From assembly GCA_020722885.1 (NCBI GenBank), contig DYJZ01000002.1, forward strand, positions 1-57,488: a stretch of 57,488 bases of DNA, written 5' to 3'. The notes beneath the pieces are model-generated. The model was not told where the DNA came from and did not search any database. It saw only the letters and a program-made list of their open reading frames with translations. The position numbers were made by a program, and so were the translations under genes. Source of the DNA: Thermoanaerobaculum aquaticum. GTDB lineage: Bacteria > Acidobacteriota > UBA4820. The number at the start of each line of letters is the position of its first letter. Positions within the stretch are counted from its first letter, which is position 1. This document shows, in pieces, positions 1-6,870 of the stretch.

Positions 1-115
1 GCTTCTGGAGTGACCGTCCCGCCGAGGTTACAGAGGGTGTAACTCTGGAAGCCCCATCCCTGCTACATCAGAGAGCGTAGTGACAAGCCCATTTTCCGCG
101 CCTGTAACCATCAGA
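1..115. other. GC-rich structured non-coding segment cut by the window edge (unidentified RNA or repeat)
   Basis: Much GC-richer than the surroundings. GAGGTTACA (24-32) pairs with TGTAACTC (38-45). The same GGTTACA (26-32) can instead pair perfectly with TGTAACC (103-109). No ORF. Confidence 0.3.
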
Positions 116-334
116 AAAATAAGCACTTGTCAAACACAACTGTAGAAGATGGGTCTGATAAGGTGTTAGCAAAAGAGGTTAGAATGAAAAAATTCTCTGG
201 GTATGCTAATTTTTTTAGTTCCTGTTTTTACACATAAGGAGTCTTTTTGTTGAACTTTATGGAATCATCCTCAAAAAATTGCACCACTACTTGGAAAGTG
301 GCAATAAATCTTTATACACTTTGGGATAGAGAAT

Positions 335-1441
335 TTAATTTTCTTGATAATTTTCTTTTATTTTCATATAGATATCTTCAAGGGTTCCATTTTGAATAGC
401 ATTTCTAATTTCTTTCATTAAATTTAGATAAAAAGTAATATTGTGAATCGTTGCAAGAATAATATAGGTAGGGTCCTTAACTCTGAAAAGATGATTTAAG
501 TACCCTTTTGAAAGATTTTTGCAAGTATAGCAGTTACATTGATCGTCAAGTGAAGAGAAATCCTCCTTAAACTCCGCTCTTTTGATTGTAATCTTGCCCT
601 TTGAAGTAAATAACTGTCCATTTCTCGCATTTCTTGTTGGAAGAACACAGTCAAATAAGTCGTATCCCCATAAGACACCTTCTACTAAATCAAGTGGCTT
701 TCCAACTCCCATCAGGTATTTAGGCTTATCTTCCGGAAGAAGTTCCGCAGTAAATGAAGCAGTTTTTCTAAAAGATTCTTTTTCTTCACCAACACAAAAA
801 CCTCCAGCAGCATATCCGTCAAAACCGATATCTATAAGCTCTTTTGCAGAGAGTTCTCTTAGATTCTCAAATACTCCACCCTGAACTATCCCAAAAATAG
901 AAATATCTTTATTTTTCAAAGCTTTTTTGCACCTCAAAGCCCATCTTGTTGTTCTTTTTACAGCATATTCTTGCTCTTTCTTCGAGGAGTTTCCCGGAGA
1001 AAGATGGTCAAGGACCATTGCAATATCCACTCCAAGCTCTTCCTGGATTTTTATTGCCAATTCCGGGGTCAAATTGATTTTCTGGCCATCAATAGGTGAA
1101 CTAAACTTTATTCCTTCTTCTGTAATTTTTTTCAGGGGAGCAAGAGAAAAAGCCTGAAAACCCCCAGAATCGGTTAAAATTGGCTTTTCCCAGCCGATAA
1201 ACTTGTGAATTCCACCAAGTTTTTCAATCGTTTTTGATGAAGGCCTGAGGTAGAGGTGAAATGTATTACATAAAATTATTTGAGCACCTGCTTCTTCAAG
1301 TAGCGGTACAGAAATCCCTTTAACCGCTCCTTTTGAACCAACTGGCATAAAATTGGGAGTTTCAATCACACCCCTTTTTGTTACTATTTTCCCGGTTCTG
1401 CTTTTTCCCAATTTTTTCAAGATTTCAAAACTTAACGCCAA
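335..1441 (-). CDS. tgt: queuine tRNA-ribosyltransferase (tRNA-guanine transglycosylase)
   Basis: 368-aa ORF with the LTDSGGFQ motif and a C-x-C-x2-C...H zinc site (DDQCNCYTCKNLSKGYLNHL). Confidence 0.93.
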   Translation of the reverse strand: MALSFEILKKLGKSRTGKIVTKRGVIETPNFMPVGSKGAVKGISVPLLEEAGAQIILCNTFHLYLRPSSKTIEKLGGIHKFIGWEKPILTDSGGFQAFSLAPLKKITEEGIKFSSPIDGQKINLTPELAIKIQEELGVDIAMVLDHLSPGNSSKKEQEYAVKRTTRWALRCKKALKNKDISIFGIVQGGVFENLRELSAKELIDIGFDGYAAGGFCVGEEKESFRKTASFTAELLPEDKPKYLMGVGKPLDLVEGVLWGYDLFDCVLPTRNARNGQLFTSKGKITIKRAEFKEDFSSLDDQCNCYTCKNLSKGYLNHLFRVKDPTYIILATIHNITFYLNLMKEIRNAIQNGTLEDIYMKIKENYQEN

Positions 1442-1563
1442 CAGAAATTCCCTTCGTAATAATTTGGAAACAACCCATTAAAAAATTCCTGAGCAACTAT
1501 TTTACACCAATTATATTCCTAAAAGAGAATATAAAAAAACAGCTTTTCTAATGAACCACTAAA

Positions 1564-1758
1564 TTATTCTTCAGGTTTCTTGAATACAAGAATGTACCTA
1601 CAATTCCATGAGTTGAAGGTCATTGCAGCAAGTTCCCAGCCTTCTTTTCCCAATTCCAGACAAATATCTTTTATCACTTTTTTCCTTGTAAAAGCAAACC
1701 TTAAGGGAAATAGACCAACGACTTCCACACGGTAAACCCATTGTTTTCTTCTGCCAAT
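1564..1758 (-). CDS. small DUF4177-like protein with a non-canonical (ATT) or unresolved start
   Basis: Absent from the ORF track. The frame is open from TAG at 1780-1782 to TAA at 1564-1566. From ATT 1758, which lies 4 nt after AAAGGAGG, it reads MGRRKQWVYRVEVVGLFPLRFAFTRKKVIKDICLELGKEGWELAAMTFNSWNCRYILVFKKPEE. The W-x-Y-[KR]-V ... LGKEGWEL ... FKKP pattern recalls DUF4177 proteins (from memory). GTG at 1728 is an alternative start. Confidence 0.45.
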   Translation of the reverse strand: MGRRKQWVYRVEVVGLFPLRFAFTRKKVIKDICLELGKEGWELAAMTFNSWNCRYILVFKKPEE

Positions 1759-1847
1759 TCTTCCTCCTTTAATAAAATACTATCACATTTTAAATCCAAC
1801 AGTAAAGACTTTTCAATACTTTCTTTTAGACAGTCTCATAACTTATA

Positions 1848-2157
1848 ATAATGTCCTTACTTAAACTAATTAGAAATGTTCTTAAAAATGGCAGTGGAAA
1901 AACCGCAAAAAGATTAAATAACTTTTGCAAACCTCCATTGAACCACCCCTCTAAGGCTTTCCGTTTCGGCTTTGTGAGCAAGAGGGAGATTGCTTCGCAA
2001 GACAAGGCTGCGAAGAAGCACTCGCAATGACAGGCTACTTCTACTCGCAATGACACGGTCAGTGAGCACTCGCAACGGAGTATTTCTAAATAGTCCTGAC
2101 ATTTTTCCTCTTGACTTCTTAGATGGTTCTGTCAAAATTTGTTTTGGACAGAGTGAT
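1848..2157 (+). repeat. modular intergenic repeat, modules M2+M3(+extra unit)+M4 (MITE-like)
   Basis: Collinear with 52346-52636 apart from a ~25-nt extra CTCGCAATGACA unit (2035-2058). The ends form a degenerate inverted repeat: AATGTCC..TTAGAAATG on the left and CATTTCTAAATAGTCCTGACA on the right. Confidence 0.8.
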
Positions 2158-2388
2158 ACTGAAAGAAAAACAAAAATCGGTTTGCTTAAAAGCCATTAAA
2201 ACATCATCTCCGACAATTTTTATTTTAATATAACAAATTTTTTAAAGGCTACATCTTTAAGCATTATAGTTATTTTCCACTTTCGCTATAAACACCCTCT
2301 TTTAAGGTTTTAAAGAAGTTTACTTTATTAAGTTATTAGAGGTAAACTTAAAGTCCCCTAAATTTTATAAAATATTATATAATATCCT

Positions 2389-3150
2389 ATGATTATAAAT
2401 TTTTACAAAAATTGTCCTTTTGAAGTCACAGAATCTACAATAAAAGAACTTTTAGAACTTTACGAGAAGGGGAAAACACTTTCAGAAGGAAGGGGAACTT
2501 CAAAAGTAATTGATTATAAAGAGAAAAAATATATTTTAAAAAAAGAAGTAAGAGGGGGGTTTTCTTCTTTAATTCTTCCTGATAATTTTTTCTCCATTTC
2601 CCCTTTTTATAAGGAAATTGAAATCAACAATGTTATGAAAAAAAATGGGTTGACAATTCCAATATCCCTCCGTTTCGGTAAAAAATACAATATCCTATGT
2701 GAGATCTATACCCTCACACAATTTTTTGAAGATTGCCTTTCTTTAAAACAGCTGGCTTTAAATGACCCTCTCGATAAAAAGAGAGTGGCTTCAGCCGGAA
2801 ACTATATTGCAAAAATGCACAAATTGGGGCTTTACCATTCTGACCTCAACCTCGGAAATATCATTTTCTCAAAAGAGGCAACATTTATAATAGATTTTAA
2901 AAACTCCTATTTCTATAAAGCGCCACTTGATAAAAAGCTTTCAAAGAGAAATCTTTTTCGTATATTTCAATCATACTTAAAGGAAACAATTAAAGCCGGA
3001 AAGAAATTAAACGAAGAGTTTTTTGAATTTTTGATTGAGGGTTATTTTAATGAAAGAGGAGATGAATGGGTAAAAAGATTATCCTCACAAAATCTCTATC
3101 TGGAAATAAAGAAAATTATTTACAAAATCAGGTTCAGATTTCAGATTTAA
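2389..3150 (+). CDS. lipopolysaccharide (Kdo/WaaP-type) kinase family protein
   Basis: 253-aa ORF. The catalytic-loop-like HSDLNLGNIIF followed by IIDF is typical of Kdo/LPS-core kinases. Confidence 0.6.
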   Translation: MIINFYKNCPFEVTESTIKELLELYEKGKTLSEGRGTSKVIDYKEKKYILKKEVRGGFSSLILPDNFFSISPFYKEIEINNVMKKNGLTIPISLRFGKKYNILCEIYTLTQFFEDCLSLKQLALNDPLDKKRVASAGNYIAKMHKLGLYHSDLNLGNIIFSKEATFIIDFKNSYFYKAPLDKKLSKRNLFRIFQSYLKETIKAGKKLNEEFFEFLIEGYFNERGDEWVKRLSSQNLYLEIKKIIYKIRFRFQI

Positions 3151-4462
3151 CAATTAACTTTGAAAAATCTTTCCAGAATGAGGGATACGATTTATTTACA
3201 CATTCAGGATTTTTTAGCTTCGTTCCCCTCGCAAATGTTCCTATTAGAGCATAAGCCATTGCAAGTCTGTGGTCATCCATCGGGTCAAGAATCGTTCCTT
3301 TGTAATTGCTTGAAGGATAAATTTTTAAAACATCATTTGAAATAACACTTTTTCCTCCTATTTTATTTATTGTTTTTGCAATTTCCTCTGCTCTCGAACT
3401 CTCCTTTGTCTTTAACCTCGCGATTCCCTTAAAAATTGATTCCGAAGAACACTTAAGGGCTAAAACTGAAAGTGAGGGAAGAAGGTCAGGGCTGTCTTTT
3501 AAATCCACTTCAATTCCCTTTGCTGGTGAACCAGAAACTTCTATATAATTATTTTTCCATTTGACAGTTGCCCCCATTTTTTTAATTATTTTAAAAAATT
3601 TCTTATCGCTCTGAGAGCTTTTTCTTTCCAGACCAAAAACTCTCAACTTTCCACCTGTCACAAGTGCACCAGCACAAAAAATTGACGCCGATGAGAAGTC
3701 TTTTTCAACTTTGATTTCAGTTCCTTTTAGCTTTGATTTTTCAATATAAAACTTTTTTCCTTCTGACAGAATTTTACAACCAAACATTTTTAGTATCTCT
3801 TCTGTCATTTTAATATAGGGAAAAGAAACTCCTTTTGCAATCTTTACTTCACATTTCTTCTTTAAAAATGCAAGTAAGATTAAAATGCCAGAGGCAAATT
3901 GACTCGATGATTCATCCATAATTTCAATTTTATTTTGTTTAAAAATCCTTCCATCGATAGTGATGGGAAGCCTTCCTTTTTTATTTAGTTCACACACTTT
4001 CGCCCCAATCCTTCTCGCAGAATCTATGGAGGAGGAAAAATCCCTGTTTCTTAAATTCTTGTTTCCATCAATCACCCTTTTACCCTTAAGAAAAGAGAAA
4101 AGGGCAAGAAAAATTCTAACAATAAGTGCTGACCCTCTAACATAAAATTTTCCTTCCAAGATTTTATTTTCCCATTTTGATAAGAGAACATCATCACCAC
4201 AAACTTTTATTTCTCGCCATTTTTTTATAATATTCAAGGCGGATTTTACATCATCCGAGGAACCAATATTTCTTATTAAACTTTCATTTTCAGAAAGCGA
4301 AGCAATTATAATACTTCTTATAGCATAAGATTTAGAGGGAGGGGGAAAGTAATTTCCCTCTATTTTTACATCAAAAGGAATTGATTTTAATTTACTTATA
4401 CTTAAGTTCTTTCTGTTGCTCTCTTTCAAGGTCTCTCTTTTTAATGCTTTCTCTTTTGTCAT
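3134..4462 (-). CDS. aroA: 3-phosphoshikimate 1-carboxyvinyltransferase (EPSP synthase)
   Basis: Contains PPPSKSYAIRSIIIASL and DDHRLAMAYALIG motifs. Start is uncertain: the only standard starts are ATG 4462 and ATG 4495, and both overlap the smpB 3' end by 71-104 nt. Confidence 0.85.
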   Translation of the reverse strand: MTKEKALKRETLKESNRKNLSISKLKSIPFDVKIEGNYFPPPSKSYAIRSIIIASLSENESLIRNIGSSDDVKSALNIIKKWREIKVCGDDVLLSKWENKILEGKFYVRGSALIVRIFLALFSFLKGKRVIDGNKNLRNRDFSSSIDSARRIGAKVCELNKKGRLPITIDGRIFKQNKIEIMDESSSQFASGILILLAFLKKKCEVKIAKGVSFPYIKMTEEILKMFGCKILSEGKKFYIEKSKLKGTEIKVEKDFSSASIFCAGALVTGGKLRVFGLERKSSQSDKKFFKIIKKMGATVKWKNNYIEVSGSPAKGIEVDLKDSPDLLPSLSVLALKCSSESIFKGIARLKTKESSRAEEIAKTINKIGGKSVISNDVLKIYPSSNYKGTILDPMDDHRLAMAYALIGTFARGTKLKNPECVNKSYPSFWKDFSKLIVKSEI

Positions 4463-4856
4463 ACACCTTTTTGCCTTTGCAAAGGGCAATTTCAACCTTA
4501 ATTTTTCTGCCCTTTTGATAAAGTTTTAAAGGAATGAGTGTAAGCCCCTTTTCCTCACTTTTCCCCTTTAGACGTTTTAATTCAATCTTGTGCATAAGAA
4601 GTTTCCTTTTTCTCAAGGGATCTAATGGAGACAAACCTAAATGTGTGTGAAAAGAGTAAGGAGATATATGGCAGTTATACAGAAAAAGTTCCCCTTTTTC
4701 AAAAGCGGCGTAAGAATCTTTTATCTGGACTTTCCCTTCTCTAATTGATTTTACTTCAAAACCGTTTAAAACTATTCCTGCTTCGTAAGCGTCGAGAATT
4801 TCATAAAAATGGCGGGCAGCCCTGTTTGAAGCAAAAACTTTTTCTTCATCAGCCAT
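4392..4856 (-). CDS. smpB: SsrA-binding protein
   Basis: Typical SmpB sequence (NRAARHFYEI...GIVLNGFEVKS...) with a basic C-terminal tail. Start is taken at MADEEK (4856), which overlaps the upstream stop by only 8 nt. Confidence 0.9.
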   Translation of the reverse strand: MADEEKVFASNRAARHFYEILDAYEAGIVLNGFEVKSIREGKVQIKDSYAAFEKGELFLYNCHISPYSFHTHLGLSPLDPLRKRKLLMHKIELKRLKGKSEEKGLTLIPLKLYQKGRKIKVEIALCKGKKVYDKRESIKKRDLEREQQKELKYK

Positions 4857-5097
4857 TCTTTTTGTCCTTAATTTTTTCAAGATTTTTCATTACAGATTCT
4901 TTAAAAGAATCTGGCACATTCAAAAGAGGGATATTCTCAAGGCAGTCAATAAGTTTCTTCATTGCCTCATACTCTTTCCTGCACCTTTCGCACTCTTCAA
5001 GGTGGCGAGCAATTTCTTCATACTCATTGGCACTAAAATCGTTTTCAATAAATCGGGGTAAAAGTTCAACTATTTTTTTGCAAATCATACTGAACAC
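4849..5097 (-). CDS. putative zinc-finger (zf-HC2) anti-sigma factor
   Basis: 82 aa with an H-x3-C-x2-C motif (ARHLEECERC). Lies directly downstream of the ECF sigma gene. Confidence 0.65.
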   Translation of the reverse strand: MFSMICKKIVELLPRFIENDFSANEYEEIARHLEECERCRKEYEAMKKLIDCLENIPLLNVPDSFKESVMKNLEKIKDKKNG

Positions 5098-5132
5098 CTA
5101 TCTCTATGATACGAAAGAGAATAATTTTTGTT

Positions 5133-5705
5133 TCATTTTATTTTCTCAAGTTTTTTCATTAATTCCCTGCGAGCTCTGAAAATCTTATTTTTTACTGTTC
5201 CAACGGGAAGGTTAGTAATTTTTGCCATTTCTTCGTAAGAACGGAAATGGATATGTCTTAAGATTATTAACTCTCTACTTAAAGGTTCAAGAGAGGAAAT
5301 TGCTGAAAGAATTTCCTCTTCCACCATCTTTTTTTCAAGACATTCATGAGGATTCAATTCCGTTGATTCAATTTCAATTTTTTTCTCCTCGTTCTCATTC
5401 TCCTCGTCAATAGAATCAATTTTCGGTGTTCCTTTTCTTAAAAAATCTATCGCAAGGTTATTAGCAATCTTATAAATCCATGTTGAAAATTTGTAGTTGC
5501 TATCATACTGGTCAAGGTGAGAATAGACTTTAAGAAAAACTTCCTGACAGAGTTCAATTGCCTCCTCATAATTTCTCATAAGAGGAAACAGAAGGTTTAT
5601 TAGTCCCTTCTGATACCTTTCAACAATTAGAGAGAAAGCCTCTTTGTCACCTTTTCTGACTTTTTCAACTATTTCTATATCGGTTAAAAATTCCTGTTGT
5701 TTCAC
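5133..5705 (-). CDS. ECF-type RNA polymerase sigma-70 family factor
   Basis: Region 2 (FLKVYSHLDQYD, STWIYKIANNLAIDFLRK) and region 4 HTH (SYEEMAKITNLPVGTVKNKIFRARREL) are present. The N-terminal 48 codons of the tracked ORF look non-native, so GTG at 5705 is preferred. Confidence 0.85.
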   Translation of the reverse strand: MKQQEFLTDIEIVEKVRKGDKEAFSLIVERYQKGLINLLFPLMRNYEEAIELCQEVFLKVYSHLDQYDSNYKFSTWIYKIANNLAIDFLRKGTPKIDSIDEENENEEKKIEIESTELNPHECLEKKMVEEEILSAISSLEPLSRELIILRHIHFRSYEEMAKITNLPVGTVKNKIFRARRELMKKLEKIK

Positions 5706-5925
5706 AACTTCCTCAAAAATAAGATTATACTTCAAAATGAGATAAAGATAGAAATTATGAGGTGGTAATGTTGTACCGCCTCTTGACACAAATGTAAAAT
5801 AAATTACAATAAAGTTAAAAGAGAAACGATTGGTAATCAAATTTTTCAAACATTACGATATCAATCTCAGGTGTTAAGAATGGAGAGAAAATTATGAATC
5901 TGATTTTTTAATTGTACTTATAGCT

Positions 5926-6474
5926 GTGGTGCTTCTAATATTATTTTCTTATATTGCCCATCAGAAAAGAAAGAAGGAGGTAGTAGAAATTGTTTCAAGA
6001 GGTGGAATAGACTTATTAATTCAGCAACTAAAGGAAAAAGCAAATGAAGAAACGATAGAGGCTCCGGGAAAAACAAATGACCCAAGAGCTGCCGATGCTC
6101 TAATTGATTTTGTCAACTCAAAGGACATAAAAGATGAAGACGATAGTTATTTCTTTACACTGGGATTGAATGCTCTGGGTAAAATAGGAAATGACAGAGC
6201 AATTGATTTTCTGGTTTCCACGCTTGGTCTAAATAATGATATGTTTGTTCGTGATTATGCAGCCTGCGTATTACACAACATCGCTCATGAAAAGGGTATA
6301 AAGATTTTTAAAGCGGTAAAACCACTCGTTACACTTTTAGTGGATGCTAAAAATAGTAACTATCGGCTCGAATGGACGGAAGGGGCATTAAACGCAATAA
6401 CTGGAGAAAAATTTGGTAAAAACATTGATAAATGGGAAAAATATATTGCTGAAAATAGAGATAAATTGGAATAA
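5926..6474 (+). CDS. HEAT-repeat (PBS-lyase-like) protein with N-terminal hydrophobic segment
   Basis: Repeated NDPRAADALIDFV / GNDRAIDFLVSTL type motifs. GTG start is uncertain. Confidence 0.55.
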   Translation: MVLLILFSYIAHQKRKKEVVEIVSRGGIDLLIQQLKEKANEETIEAPGKTNDPRAADALIDFVNSKDIKDEDDSYFFTLGLNALGKIGNDRAIDFLVSTLGLNNDMFVRDYAACVLHNIAHEKGIKIFKAVKPLVTLLVDAKNSNYRLEWTEGALNAITGEKFGKNIDKWEKYIAENRDKLE

Positions 6475-6488
6475 CACTGCTTTCGAGG

Positions 6489-6715
6489 ATAATTTGAAAG
6501 CAGTAACGGAATCCTGAAAAATTAAGGATTCTGGACGGGTTTTAGGGAGGCTTGAAAACGAGGCTCACTGTTTTTATGCCTGTATATGTTATTATGCTGT
6601 CCAACTACTCCTCTAAAAGGTTCGGCTGATAGGTTTCGGGTTCAATGGGCGGTGTTTGAAAAAACCAGTCGAGCCATTCCCATAAGTTCCCTGTCAAAGA
6701 TATATGATAATGTCC
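6489..6715 (+). repeat. repeat module M1: 227-nt conserved structured-RNA candidate
   Basis: About 92% identical (manual alignment) to 52130-52355. Helices are 6509-6515/6525-6531, 6619-6624/6670-6675 and 6632-6636/6662-6666. Confidence 0.8.
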
Positions 6716-6768
6716 TAAAGCGATTTACTTTGAGGAATACACAAACGAAGTTATTTTACTTTGTTTGA

Positions 6769-6846
6769 AAAGAGGGAGATTGCTTCGTAAGAGAAGGCTC
6801 CGAAGATGGGCTCGCAATGACAGGTTACGTCTGCTCGCAATGACAC
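6769..6846 (+). repeat. REP-like hairpin unit M3 plus second CTCGCAATGACA unit
   Basis: AGATTGCTTCG-N-GGGCTCGCAATGACAGG, then a repeated GCTCGCAATGACAC. Same unit as at 1987, 52486 and 57325, and inverted at 17959. Confidence 0.75.
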
Positions 6847-6870
6847 TTATCAAACTTTTTCTTTTTAATT

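Noticed and set aside
1-115. Possible RNase P RNA 3' end, 5S rRNA or preQ1 riboswitch (next to tgt)
   Set aside because: Only short resemblances were found (TGACCGTCC; CAGAG-N7-CTCTG). The conserved RNase P ACAGAACCCGGCTTA, the 5S CCGAAC/GAAGTGAAAC blocks and the A-rich preQ1-I tail are all absent.
2021-2075. Short tandem CTCGCAA(T)GAC units resembling a mini CRISPR array (also at 6811-6846)
   Set aside because: There are only 2-3 units with ~20-25-nt period and partial repeats. No cas genes are present, and the units are part of the M3/M4 repeat modules.
2111-2139. TTGACT-17 nt-AAAATT inside module M4 (also at 52587-52615) as an element-borne promoter
   Set aside because: The -10 hexamer matches only 3 of 6 positions, so it cannot be called a promoter without transcript mapping. 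Only the -35-like boxes are noted.
1826-2199. Three overlapping ORFs (76, 73 and 69 aa) on both strands
   Set aside because: They lie entirely inside the M2-M4 repeat. The homologous copy at 52346-52636 has no ORF of 60 aa or more, so no frame is conserved. The peptides (for example LRRSTRNDRLLLLAMT) are translated hairpin arms.
5706-5849. N-terminal extensions of tracked ORFs (ECF sigma; likewise rpsL to 43574, rpsC to 35804, ferredoxin to 17833, tuf to 40486)
   Set aside because: The extensions lack family similarity, overlap promoters or upstream genes, and better RBS-associated internal starts exist.
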